From: a virus
Taxonomy: Duplodnaviria > Caudoviricetes
Virus record (IMG/VR): IMGVR_UViG_3300012942_000004
Span: 1 to 58,954 of that record
Reading direction: 5' to 3' (one strand)
Length of the DNA stretch: 58,954 nt
Shown here piece after piece: positions 43,757-52,847 of this stretch. Within the stretch, counting starts at the first letter, position 1. Each line of letters starts with the position of its first letter. The notes under the pieces are model-generated. The model worked only from the letters and a program-made list of their open reading frames with translations. It had not been told where the DNA came from and searched no databases. The position numbers and the translations under genes were made by a program.

Positions 43757-45166
43757 TTGGACAAGCTGACGCTGACAACTGAACAGAGGGTTGCCGCCGA
43801 CCAGATTCTCGCCCACAAGGCGACGCTGGTCGGCGCCGCCATGGGAACAGGAAAAACGGTGTTGCTCACAACAGTGATCCTAGAGTCCTGGTCTGTGCGA
43901 TCTCTGGTCATCGGGCCGAAGAACGTGTGGGATAACTGGGCGGCGACGCTGGAAGCGCAAAGCGATGGAACCGATTTCCTGAAGGTGTGCTCGAAAAAAA
44001 ACAAGGATCAGAAGCAGAACCTTGATGACCTCCTGGACGGCAAGACACCGGGACATTATTTCATAGGACGCGAACTCTTCACCTCGTTGGACTGGTACAC
44101 GAAGGAGGATAACCGCGGCAGGAAGAAGCGTGTGCAGCGGCACATTTGGAAGAGCAAGAATCTGGACGTGGCAGTTTTTGACGAGGTGCACGCTGCGGCA
44201 AGCGCCAAGTCGAGAGCGTCGAAATCGTGGGCTGACATCGTTCCACGCGACCATAAGGTCGGCCAGTCGGCAACGTGGTACGGGTCCAAGTTTGAGAACG
44301 CCTACACGGTCGTCAACGGTCTGTGGCCGGGATTCAACCCGAAGTCGTTTCCGCTGTGGGTTGAGAAGTGGTGCAATACCGAGTACGACCATTTCTCCTG
44401 GTACAAGAAGAAGGTCACCGGAGAGAGGAACCCCGGCGAGTACGTCAGGACGCTTCCGTCCTACGTGTATATCGAGTCTGATATATCGCAGCCCGAGTTC
44501 GAGTACCGCTGGGTTGACCTGAGTCGTGAGCAGCGGCGTGTGTACGACATGTTCCAGAAGAACCAGGCGGTGAAGTTGGGGAACGACTGGATGGTCGGAA
44601 AGCTTCCGGTGGAGACGCGGGTGAGGTTGCGGCAGTTGACCCTAGGCGAGGTTATCGTGCGAGGGGACGAGATCGACTTTGCTGTAGATTGCAAATCGAG
44701 CAAGTTCGATGAGCTTCTTGATATTCTGCGTAACGACTACCCGGACGAGAAGGTTTTCATCACCTGTGCATCGGCTAAGTTTGCACGAGTGGTTGCCGAG
44801 AAGCTGAACCTGCACTTCAAGAAAGAGGTTGCAGGATTGTACGCGGGCACTGAATACACCTCTGAGGCGGCACGAGCGGCCGTCAAACGTGATTTCACCG
44901 AGGGAGAACTGAAGTACTTCGTCGGCGTCATCGCGGCATGCTCAGAGGCGCTGGACGGCCTACAACGGGTATGTCGAATCGGCATCCAGCTTGAGGAGAG
45001 CGAGAACGAGACACAGAACACCCAGCTACCCGGTCGCCTCGCAAGGAGGGGACAGGAACGCGATGTTGTGTGGCTGAAGATCGGAGCGCGCGGCACCTAC
45101 GATGCGGGCGTCATCTCTAGGCTTGAGGACTTGTCCCGCGCAAACCGTGAATCACGGAAAAGATGA
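43757..45166 (+). CDS. superfamily 2 (SNF2/DEAD-like) DNA helicase
   Basis: MGTGKT, VFDEVH, SAT, EALDGLQ and Q..GRLARRGQ. Confidence 0.92.
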   Translation: MDKLTLTTEQRVAADQILAHKATLVGAAMGTGKTVLLTTVILESWSVRSLVIGPKNVWDNWAATLEAQSDGTDFLKVCSKKNKDQKQNLDDLLDGKTPGHYFIGRELFTSLDWYTKEDNRGRKKRVQRHIWKSKNLDVAVFDEVHAAASAKSRASKSWADIVPRDHKVGQSATWYGSKFENAYTVVNGLWPGFNPKSFPLWVEKWCNTEYDHFSWYKKKVTGERNPGEYVRTLPSYVYIESDISQPEFEYRWVDLSREQRRVYDMFQKNQAVKLGNDWMVGKLPVETRVRLRQLTLGEVIVRGDEIDFAVDCKSSKFDELLDILRNDYPDEKVFITCASAKFARVVAEKLNLHFKKEVAGLYAGTEYTSEAARAAVKRDFTEGELKYFVGVIAACSEALDGLQRVCRIGIQLEESENETQNTQLPGRLARRGQERDVVWLKIGARGTYDAGVISRLEDLSRANRESRKR

Positions 45167-45167
45167 C

Positions 45168-45196
45168 TTGCATACTTTTCTTGACGCTGTTACCAT
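45168..45196 (+). promoter_or_regulatory. SigA-type promoter
   Basis: TTGCAT-N17-TACCAT. Confidence 0.55.
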
Positions 45197-45228
45197 GAGT
45201 GAGAGATCAACCGAAAGGAGAACCACAA

Positions 45229-45414
45229 ATGGACGACGAGGATTTCGACGCTGAGGATGTTCAGCGCTTTCCAGTGCCTGACGCAGAGTTCGACAGTTGG
45301 ATGGACCAGCAGGTTTTCAACCGACTCTTGGAAGAGTTCAACGACAAGTACGAGAAGCTGTGGAACTTCGCCAACGACAACGGCATCGTCCACGGCTACC
45401 TGAAAGAGTTCTAG
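45229..45414 (+). CDS. small acidic protein
   Basis: GAAAGGAG SD. Confidence 0.7.
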   Translation: MDDEDFDAEDVQRFPVPDAEFDSWMDQQVFNRLLEEFNDKYEKLWNFANDNGIVHGYLKEF

Positions 45415-45575
45415 TGAGCGGCGAGGAGTGCGGTTGCCAAAGCGGGAAATACATTTGCGAGCTTCCGTTCTGGCACTCGGGTCCGCACGCAATGCACGTA
45501 GACAGTTTCGACAAGGTTTGCTGGTTGGAGGTAAATGATGATCAAATACCAGGTGATCGCTGGAACGAAGACTGA
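45414..45575 (+). CDS. small Cys/His protein
   Basis: CGC..ICEL..WHSGPH motif. Confidence 0.55.
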   Translation: MSGEECGCQSGKYICELPFWHSGPHAMHVDSFDKVCWLEVNDDQIPGDRWNED

Positions 45576-45729
45576 CCACGAGGTCGTGTCCGTGTCGGAG
45601 AACCTGTATGTCGCACGCCTGGATGCGGTGCGGCTCAACAGGCAGGCAACCGTTCCGGAGTACCGTGTTCTCGCGGTGGATTCCGAGGGCACCAAGTGGT
45701 ACGAATACGAGCCAAAGGAGGAAAAGTGA
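45535..45729 (+). CDS. hypothetical protein
   Basis: GGAGG SD, 64 aa. Confidence 0.65.
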   Translation: MMIKYQVIAGTKTDHEVVSVSENLYVARLDAVRLNRQATVPEYRVLAVDSEGTKWYEYEPKEEK

Positions 45730-46254
45730 ACGACACCGACACCACGGAAATCACGGCGAAGCTGATCGATGAGTTGCGAAACGCGGCATTCGGGAGGGGA
45801 TACCTGCTTGGGCAACCGTGCCTTGAAAACCGTGCTGCCGATCTCATCAAGTCGCAGGCCGCACGCATCGCAGAACTTGAGGGAACGCAGTGTGAACCTA
45901 CTCACGCGACAATTCGGGCATTGCAGGCCGAGCGTGACGCTCTCGTGGCGCGACTTGCTGATCGGACAGACGAGATAGTTCGTCAGAGAGTCGAGATAGG
46001 CGAGCAGCGAAGACGCGCAGAACATGCCGAAGCCGAGCGTGACGCTCTCCACGCCGCCGTTAGGAAAGCATGTGGACCGGAGGCACCTGGTGCATCAGGG
46101 TGACCTGGATGCCATCCTCTCCGGCGCACCGTCTGAAACCCTGGCCGACGTGAAGGAACAGGCATGGGATCAGGGACATCGGACCGCGTATCTCAGATAC
46201 CACGATTACGACCACATCGATGTAAATCCGTACCGGAAGAGGGCGAGCGAGTGA
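45726..46254 (+). pseudogene. coiled-coil protein split by an apparent frameshift near 46060
   Basis: 5' ORF (to 46103) and 3' ORF (46024..46254, +1 frame) together match intact paralog 50051..50710. Confidence 0.55.
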
Positions 46255-46472
46255 TGGTTAGCGACGATGAGAATCTGACCGAGCGTATCGGAAGGCAGTC
46301 TCGGCTCGCGGAGGTGCTGACTGAGCGCGGGATCGATCCGTCCTACGTTATTGCGGGGTCCGACGAATTGCATGGTGAGTTCACAAGACCCTGGCTCGTC
46401 GTGAAGCTCTCGATGCGGATTGATGAGGCTGATCGAGTTTACATCAAGCACGGGATCGGGCGAGAGGAGTAG
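46251..46472 (+). CDS. hypothetical protein
   Basis: GTGA overlap; in frame with ORF 46164..46472. Confidence 0.6.
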   Translation: MMVSDDENLTERIGRQSRLAEVLTERGIDPSYVIAGSDELHGEFTRPWLVVKLSMRIDEADRVYIKHGIGREE

Positions 46473-46476
46473 AAGG

Positions 46477-46704
46477 ATGGCCGACCTGACCGAGACCCTG
46501 GCCACGATGCGAAGAAACTTGCAACGCCACGAGGGGCCGCTCGAAGACGAATGCGACGCTCTGCTGTGTGCCGTGGAGGGTGTGGTCGCAGTGTGCGAAC
46601 CGTGCGTATCCGATACTCGTGGTCTACCTGCATTCCAGGCTGGAGAGCGGGGCATGGCGACCGCTGTTGTGAAGGCTCTGACCGATGCGCTTGGAGGTAT
46701 GTGA
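46477..46704 (+). CDS. hypothetical protein, paralog of 50703..50930
   Basis: MADLTETLA...KALTDALGG. Confidence 0.75.
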   Translation: MADLTETLATMRRNLQRHEGPLEDECDALLCAVEGVVAVCEPCVSDTRGLPAFQAGERGMATAVVKALTDALGGM

Positions 46705-46705
46705 G

Positions 46706-46915
46706 ATGAGTGAGTTGCACCGCGTCTATCGTCTTGCATGGGACGGTGAACCGTCGATGAGCGGCAAACCGCACGTCATAAGCCTGGGAAGCGAGTTCAC
46801 AACGCTTGTCCAAGCGCATGCTGCATGTGATCGCGTGCCCTCCATGAAGACGAAACCGAATCTGAGAATTGAATCGCGACTCGTTACCCCATGGGAAGTG
46901 GAGGAAACCCGATGA
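46706..46915 (+). CDS. hypothetical protein
   Basis: GGAGG SD; ends IESRLVTPWEV. Confidence 0.65.
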   Translation: MSELHRVYRLAWDGEPSMSGKPHVISLGSEFTTLVQAHAACDRVPSMKTKPNLRIESRLVTPWEVEETR

Positions 46916-47526
46916 GCAGCACTGAGGAAGCCGCACGAGCCGAAGCCTTGCGCCGGTGGCCCGTTTCTGGAAGCACCGGGCGCATGTTCCTCAACTCGCG
47001 AGCGCGCGAGCTTTTCGAGCTTGGTGCCGCCTGGCAACGCACCCAGCAGGCCGTTGGTCCTGCACGCATCGTCCAGATGCCACCCTCACCAGAGACGAAC
47101 GCACGCTACTGGGAGGTTCACTGCCCAGTGTGCACCACGCACGAGTGCATGTTCGATGGGGATGACCCGCGTCTGGTAGAGCGTCGTGACGAGCACAACC
47201 GGCGTCACGCCGAGCAGCCCCTCCCCGGATCACCGACCGCCGACACCGAAGACGACCGGGAAGCGCTGGCGGTTCTCATCTCCGAGTACATCGACGGAAC
47301 GGACGATTGTTCTGACCTGCCCAAGACGCGTGGGCTTGCGGACAAGATTCTGAGCAGGTTCCGTCGTCGCACCGTCGAGCCGTCCGAAGCCGCAGTGCGG
47401 GCCGCCGCGCGGGTGATCTTTGAGGATGAAATCACGGTCATCGAATGGGATCAGGTAGATCAAGGTGGATGGATCGACACGGCTCGTGCCGCCCTGCAAG
47501 CAGCGAAGGAGGCCGAGCATGAGTGA
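46912..47526 (+). CDS. hypothetical protein, paralog of 51088..51393
   Basis: MSSTEEAAR..RWP..FE.GAAWQR..ARAAL.AA.E. Confidence 0.75.
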   Translation: MSSTEEAARAEALRRWPVSGSTGRMFLNSRARELFELGAAWQRTQQAVGPARIVQMPPSPETNARYWEVHCPVCTTHECMFDGDDPRLVERRDEHNRRHAEQPLPGSPTADTEDDREALAVLISEYIDGTDDCSDLPKTRGLADKILSRFRRRTVEPSEAAVRAAARVIFEDEITVIEWDQVDQGGWIDTARAALQAAKEAEHE

Positions 47527-47866
47527 AGATTTCATTCCATCGGATGAAGGAGTTCGCAATGGATACGCAACAAACATACTTGATGAATACAGTGATCCAA
47601 TCGGAGCCGCGAGTAATAGACGCTTTTTCGAGCAAGCGTTTGACCGCTGGATGGATGCTCACGACGAAGAGATTGCAAAGCAGACGCGTCATAAGATTGC
47701 AAGCTTGATTTGGGAGGAAGAGCACGTTGCAGGTTCTATTCTCTACGAAACCGATCTTCCTATCGCAGACCCTCGTGTCATACACCTGAACGGTCGCGTA
47801 CTCGGCTTGCAGCGCGCGCGAGATATTGCAGAGATGGGAACACGGCGTGTTGACGAAGTAGGGTGA
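47519..47866 (+). CDS. hypothetical protein
   Basis: AAGGAGG SD; FDRWMDAHDEEI motif. Confidence 0.7.
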   Translation: MSEDFIPSDEGVRNGYATNILDEYSDPIGAASNRRFFEQAFDRWMDAHDEEIAKQTRHKIASLIWEEEHVAGSILYETDLPIADPRVIHLNGRVLGLQRARDIAEMGTRRVDEVG

Positions 47867-47879
47867 TCTCTGCTATCGT
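47850..47879 (+). promoter_or_regulatory. SigA-type promoter for the surface-protein gene
   Basis: TTGACG-N18-TATCGT with TG extension. Confidence 0.6.
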
Positions 47880-47921
47880 GTACGACGAACCAATTCAGTT
47901 CACAAACGAAGGGGAGGAAAT

Positions 47922-48965
47922 ATGAAGAAGATTTTTGCGCTCATTCTGGCAACGCTTCTGGGTGTTGCTGGGGTTGTTGCGGGATTTGCGCTTCCGGCCA
48001 ATGCCACACCGGCGAAGAGTTACGTGACGGTTGCGTGGCAGATGCCATCGTACGCTGGGGCCAATACGGCGACCTGGCCACAGACGCTGGCCACAAGCCG
48101 GAAGACAGCCGCACCGGACCTGAACGTCTTGGACTCGCAGTTCAAGTGTGGCATTGCCTACCAGGTGGACATCTACAATGACAGCAAGATCACCGACAAA
48201 CTGATCGACGGAGGAAACCTCTACGGGTCGAACAATCCCCAAGAGGACCTGATCGCCGGAGGATGGGGAACTGCGTACAAGATCGCGTACACGCCGTGTG
48301 TTGCATCCGCTGGCGCAATCATCATCACCGCTGCCACTTGTGACGCTGACGGAAGTGCGGCACTGGGTACTGTTGTGAACGCGAAGCTGGATGGTGACCT
48401 GGATCAGACTGCGGGTACACACACGGCGACGTTTACCGCCAACCCCGGTAGCGAGTTCGAGGGTTCAGGTGCCACGTTCAGTGAGGACTACACTGTTCCC
48501 GCGAAGCTGACCGGTCAGCAGTGCGTCGTCAAGCCCGAGCAGCCGAAGCCGATTGTCACGACGGAGACTTCCACCTTCACTGATTGTGACGCGAAGCTGG
48601 ACACCACCACTGTCACCACGACGACGGTGAACTACGTCTACGACGCAGACTCGAACACGTGGGTGAAGGACAAGCCGGTTGTGATGACTACGCAGAGCAC
48701 GAAGCCCGCGACCGAGCAGGAGTGTCCGACCAAGGTGGTGACCCCTCCGACGAAGCCCACCAATCCGACCCCGAAGCCGACCGTGACTCCGAAGAAGGTC
48801 GTTGCCCCAGCACCTGCGCCCAGCCAGAGCGCCACGCCAGTGAAGGCAACCCTTGCCGACACGGGTAGTGATAACACACCGTCGCTGGTTCTGGCTGCTC
48901 TGATCCTTCTGGCTGGCATTGGCGTCCTGGTTGGAATGCGAGTGGGGACGCGTGTCCGCCGATAA
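47922..48965 (+). CDS. sortase-anchored cell-surface protein (LAxTG)
   Basis: Sec signal ending ANA, Pro/Thr stalk, LADTG, TM helix and basic tail RVRR; GGAGG SD. Confidence 0.88.
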   Translation: MKKIFALILATLLGVAGVVAGFALPANATPAKSYVTVAWQMPSYAGANTATWPQTLATSRKTAAPDLNVLDSQFKCGIAYQVDIYNDSKITDKLIDGGNLYGSNNPQEDLIAGGWGTAYKIAYTPCVASAGAIIITAATCDADGSAALGTVVNAKLDGDLDQTAGTHTATFTANPGSEFEGSGATFSEDYTVPAKLTGQQCVVKPEQPKPIVTTETSTFTDCDAKLDTTTVTTTTVNYVYDADSNTWVKDKPVVMTTQSTKPATEQECPTKVVTPPTKPTNPTPKPTVTPKKVVAPAPAPSQSATPVKATLADTGSDNTPSLVLAALILLAGIGVLVGMRVGTRVRR

Positions 48966-49434
48966 CTACTGGTACGTCGGCAAGCATGGCGTGTCGTTCT
49001 ACGTGGCCATGGGGTTCGCTTCAAATGAGGCATACCCCGGGCTGCGCAGGGCGCTCGTGTTCTCTCGTGCGAATGAGGCAATCAACCATGCAGTACTTCT
49101 TGACAGTCGGGACCCGGCAGAGTACGGTGTAGTTATCAGCCAAGAAGTACTCGACATCGTACGAGAGGGGAACACAGTGAAACAGAAGTGGATTCCGGCA
49201 GAACGGGACGAGCGCCACGAGGATGTGTGGACAATTGTAGATTGCTTCAACAGATCGTTTTCCGACTACGGCTACCTGGCAATTGTGGAATACAACAACG
49301 CATCCTCCGATGAATGGAGGGTGACAATCGAGTGTTACGACGAGGAGATCGACATGGCCTACAGCTACGAAGACCTTGACTCTGCCGTAGGGAAGATTTA
49401 CACGGAAGTGGGAGAACGATATGAGCAGATATAA
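48952..49434 (+). CDS. hypothetical protein
   Basis: Part of ORF 48919..49434; a possible internal start at GTG 49177. Confidence 0.6.
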   Translation: MSADNYWYVGKHGVSFYVAMGFASNEAYPGLRRALVFSRANEAINHAVLLDSRDPAEYGVVISQEVLDIVREGNTVKQKWIPAERDERHEDVWTIVDCFNRSFSDYGYLAIVEYNNASSDEWRVTIECYDEEIDMAYSYEDLDSAVGKIYTEVGERYEQI

Positions 49435-49909
49435 GGCCGGAACCAATCTGGTCCTCGTTAATGATCAGGGTGATGTCCTCAATCGCAAAGTCATGAAAAC
49501 AACTTGGCTCCTCGGGGGGCAGCCATATGTGGAGAAAATGCCAGGTTATCTGCTTGGTATTGCGATTGACGAGCTTGAGACGAGTGGATGGAGGGTTGAG
49601 AGCGCCACCCCACCCACCCTGCCGCCGACCACGCCTGGCGCATACAAGTCAAGTTTTGTGGGAACAGCGAGTGTGTACGTTCTCGGAAACGAGGACCACT
49701 GGCGCGAGATCACCCGAAGTGGGATGGTCGTGGATCATGGAGATTGTCCACCAATGAAGTTCGCGCCCTACATCCGCCTGCTTCCCGAGACGGAGGTGGC
49801 CAAGAAGGTCATTGGCTGGATCGAGGCGAGATACAACACCGGCTTATCGAGTCCCTGGGAGATATTCCAGACCGCTCGCGAGAAGTGGGGCGTGTGGGAA
49901 CATGACTGA
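49421..49909 (+). CDS. hypothetical protein
   Basis: GGGAG SD, 162 aa; LPPTTPGAY motif. Confidence 0.7.
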   Translation: MSRYKAGTNLVLVNDQGDVLNRKVMKTTWLLGGQPYVEKMPGYLLGIAIDELETSGWRVESATPPTLPPTTPGAYKSSFVGTASVYVLGNEDHWREITRSGMVVDHGDCPPMKFAPYIRLLPETEVAKKVIGWIEARYNTGLSSPWEIFQTAREKWGVWEHD

Positions 49910-50054
49910 ACACAGGGTGGAATACTTCTACCGCGACCGTACCGCCGAGGGTACCGTCGAGGGCTACCAGTGTCCGTGTGGTTGGTTCACACTGGGCACC
50001 GACCGTCATGCACGACGCGATGCGAAGAGACACGAGAGGGTGGCAAACCGTTGA
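49902..50054 (+). CDS. small Zn-finger-like protein
   Basis: CPCGW...AKRH. Confidence 0.6.
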   Translation: MTEHRVEYFYRDRTAEGTVEGYQCPCGWFTLGTDRHARRDAKRHERVANR

Positions 50055-50710
50055 CCGAGCAGACAGACGAAACGGCGAAGTTGGTAGCCGCTCTGCGTAT
50101 CGATGCCGATGACTACGCGGTGGCTGCGCAACACGATTGGTCGGACCGGATTCTTTCATGGGACGGCCGACAGGTGCGCGCGTGGAGGGCAGCCGACCTC
50201 ATTGAGGCACAGGCCGCACGCATCGCAGAGTTGGAGGCCGAGCGCGACGCTCTCCAGGAAGAGCAGGACAATCTGGCGCAACTCATCCCAGATGCATACG
50301 ACGGTGACGAGTATCAGGGCGCTCTGGTGGAGCGCTTTGTGCGCGATGCTACTGGACATTTCACGCAGTTGGCAGCCGAGCGTGACGCCCTCGCCGCTGA
50401 GAACGCTGTCCTACGCGGGCCGGACACGGATGAGCGTGACGGACTAATCACCGATCCGCTGCTGGCACGCATCCATGCTCTCGCAGCCGTGATCGAGAAG
50501 GCGAAAGAGTCGCGTCGGCACCCTTTCTCGCCGGTCAATGACGTTGATCGCATCCTCTCCGCCGCCCCATCCGACATCCTGGCCGAGCGCGACGCCGAGA
50601 AGTGGGACGAGGGCTTCAACGCCGGATACGACCACATCTACAACGATGGAGCGATCTATCTGGACGACAACCCGTACCGCACCAAGCAGGGAGAGCAGAG
50701 CAATGAGTGA
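50051..50710 (+). CDS. coiled-coil hypothetical protein
   Basis: RAADLIEAQAARIAELEAERDAL ... AEKWDEG ... NPYR. Confidence 0.75.
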   Translation: MTEQTDETAKLVAALRIDADDYAVAAQHDWSDRILSWDGRQVRAWRAADLIEAQAARIAELEAERDALQEEQDNLAQLIPDAYDGDEYQGALVERFVRDATGHFTQLAAERDALAAENAVLRGPDTDERDGLITDPLLARIHALAAVIEKAKESRRHPFSPVNDVDRILSAAPSDILAERDAEKWDEGFNAGYDHIYNDGAIYLDDNPYRTKQGEQSNE

Positions 50711-50930
50711 CCTGACAGAAACCCTGGCCGCGATGCGCGACGAGCACGACGGCATGTATTACGACTGGTGGGAGATGCGCCGTCTGCTATCCGGCATGGA
50801 GGGCGTGCTCGCGTTGCCTGGGCGTGCCGAGAACGGTGTGCAGCCCGTGGGCAACGCATATGCAGCTGGATACAACCACGCGCTTGCCGACGTTCGCAAG
50901 GCCCTGACCGATGCGCTGGGAGGCGAGTGA
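50703..50930 (+). CDS. hypothetical protein, paralog of 46477..46704
   Basis: MSDLTETLA...KALTDALGG. Confidence 0.75.
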   Translation: MSDLTETLAAMRDEHDGMYYDWWEMRRLLSGMEGVLALPGRAENGVQPVGNAYAAGYNHALADVRKALTDALGGE

Positions 50931-51091
50931 TGAGCGCATGTCGCGCCCGCATCTACAAGCCAGAGTACGGCTCCGGGAACTGGTGGATCGAGACTTTCGG
51001 CGTCTTGCGAAAGGCGCAACTCCACGTCAGGGCGACATGGGGAGAAGCGATGAGGGTCGCGGCAGATTGGACCGAAAGGGGTACCCGATGA
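50930..51091 (+). CDS. hypothetical protein
   Basis: TGATG coupling; GGAGG SD. Confidence 0.6.
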   Translation: MSACRARIYKPEYGSGNWWIETFGVLRKAQLHVRATWGEAMRVAADWTERGTR

Positions 51092-51393
51092 GCAGCACCG
51101 AGGAAGCCGCACGAGATGCGGCGGAACAACGATGGCCGATACGCAATGTGGGACCGCAGGAGGAAACCTATCCGCGCAGCGCCGTGGCCAGCATGATGCG
51201 TGGAGCATTCGAGAGTGGTGCCGCCTGGCAACGTGAGCAGCCCTCCATAGATACTGATGACGCAGTGATGCGTGCCGCTTCGGCGCTAATGAGAGACGAC
51301 CCGGCGGCCGAGGATGGCACCTATGGTCTGGACGATTACGTCGCAATGGCTCGTGCCGCTCTGTCAGCAGCGAGGGAGGTGGGCCATGCCTGA
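51088..51393 (+). CDS. hypothetical protein, paralog of 46912..47526
   Basis: MSSTEEAAR..RWP..FESGAAWQR..ARAALSAARE. Confidence 0.75.
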   Translation: MSSTEEAARDAAEQRWPIRNVGPQEETYPRSAVASMMRGAFESGAAWQREQPSIDTDDAVMRAASALMRDDPAAEDGTYGLDDYVAMARAALSAAREVGHA

Positions 51394-51625
51394 GTACAAA
51401 TACCCCAAGCCGGACAAGTCTTCTTGGGGCCAGTTCCGTGACAGTCTCGCATATCACCTGGCGACCTTTGCATTCAAGCGGATCGCGACGCCATGGTACG
51501 CGGCGATGATCGAAGGCTCTATCCGATTCGGTCTGGAGTCTGCTCGCCGGGAAGCGTACCAGGAGCGGGCATTCAAGCTTTCCGACATTCCCGCGTTCAA
51601 AAAGGAGGCGGATCGTGGCTTATAG
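51386..51625 (+). CDS. hypothetical protein
   Basis: GGAGG SD. Confidence 0.7.
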   Translation: MPEYKYPKPDKSSWGQFRDSLAYHLATFAFKRIATPWYAAMIEGSIRFGLESARREAYQERAFKLSDIPAFKKEADRGL

Positions 51626-51749
51626 CAGGGCGACCGACCGGTGGAAGTGCCCGATCTGCGGGCATGATCTGTTACAGCCCGCAGACAGAATCCCCGTCTC
51701 GGTGTGCACGAATCCCAAATGTGATTACGCGAGAAAGTGGAAAGGATGA
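51615..51749 (+). CDS. 44-aa Zn-ribbon protein
   Basis: Hand-translated ...WKCPICGHDL...VCTNPKCDY...; AAGGAGG SD. Confidence 0.65.
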   Translation: MAYSRATDRWKCPICGHDLLQPADRIPVSVCTNPKCDYARKWKG

Positions 51750-51758
51750 TGAACCGGT

Positions 51759-51986
51759 TTGATTGACACAGCGAAGCTGGCAACTGAACTGCGCGCCCGT
51801 GCTATTGAGGTACGGGATTGGCCCGAACAAGATGGCGTCGCGGATGCTGACCGGTTCAACCACGCCGCCGATGCCATAGAGGAGCAGGCGGCGCGCATCG
51901 TAGAACTTGAAGAGCAGTTGACGCTCTACAAAATTGCCTATGATTTTCTTTCCGAGGAGGTGGTGAAGAACAGTGTCCGATATTAA
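51759..51986 (+). CDS. hypothetical protein
   Basis: HAADAIEEQAARIVELE, related to the 45726/50051 family. Confidence 0.7.
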   Translation: MIDTAKLATELRARAIEVRDWPEQDGVADADRFNHAADAIEEQAARIVELEEQLTLYKIAYDFLSEEVVKNSVRY

Positions 51987-52218
51987 TCAGATGAAGATCG
52001 CACTAGAGGATTACGAGAACTGGAAGCAGTCATTTTTCGACAGGCGTATCTGTACCGACACGTATCTTGAGGAGATAACCTCAAACAAAGCCCTGATTGC
52101 TGTTCCGAAGGTGATTGAGATTCTTGAGGAGTTGACTTTTGACGCAGAACCGAATATGATACTCAAGAGCGGAATCGCGCAGGCCCTTGAGGAGTTGAGA
52201 AAAGTGTATGAGCTATGA
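51973..52218 (+). CDS. hypothetical protein
   Basis: GAGGAGG upstream, 81 aa. Confidence 0.65.
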   Translation: MSDINQMKIALEDYENWKQSFFDRRICTDTYLEEITSNKALIAVPKVIEILEELTFDAEPNMILKSGIAQALEELRKVYEL

Positions 52219-52840
52219 GGTAGGCGGAAAGTGTGCACGCGGACACGATCTCACCGAGGAAACACTCAAGGTAAAGCCCGGTACTGGTTACAAGTACTGT
52301 AGGGTCTGTGAGCGTGAGGCGCAGAAGAAGCGCCACAAGGCACGAATGAAATCGGACCCGGAGTATCGCGACAGATACCAGAAGAAGAAAGTACAGTCCA
52401 ACAGGCGCTACCGCCAACGCAGGAAGCTTGTTGACGAACGCATTGCCAAGATGGTCCTTTCTGGCGAAATAGACCTCCGGGACGAGACGGTTGACCAGCG
52501 GGCGCTGAGAATTGTCGAGGCGCGCAGGGCTGCAAATGAACTGACAGTCGGCGCCGAGGTAGACCTGACATCCACACTCGTGCGACCATCCGCCAAAAAG
52601 CAGTGGGATGCATTTCAGAACGCCATGCGTGACTTGGAGTTCTCTGGAATCGACTGGAACTGCAAGGACCGGTGGAATGAGTTCGCGCTTTACTCGGACG
52701 AGAATGCACCAACAGCGCAGCAGGCCCAGGAAATGTGTGCCGGATGCCCGCTGCTGGAATTGTGTGACGCATACGCAACCGCACAGCGTGAGATAGACGG
52801 GGTGTGGGGCGGCAAGCAGAGACGGAAACTAGAGAAATGA
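52208..52840 (+). CDS. whiB: WhiB-family regulator with N-terminal Zn-binding and basic region
   Basis: C...CAGCPLLELC...GVWGG; N-terminal CARGH...CRVC. Confidence 0.85.
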   Translation: MSYEVGGKCARGHDLTEETLKVKPGTGYKYCRVCEREAQKKRHKARMKSDPEYRDRYQKKKVQSNRRYRQRRKLVDERIAKMVLSGEIDLRDETVDQRALRIVEARRAANELTVGAEVDLTSTLVRPSAKKQWDAFQNAMRDLEFSGIDWNCKDRWNEFALYSDENAPTAQQAQEMCAGCPLLELCDAYATAQREIDGVWGGKQRRKLEK

Positions 52841-52847
52841 GGAGTAA

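Noticed and set aside
45726-51393. Diversity-generating retroelement template/variable repeat pair
   Set aside because: No reverse transcriptase, and the differences between copies are not adenine-specific
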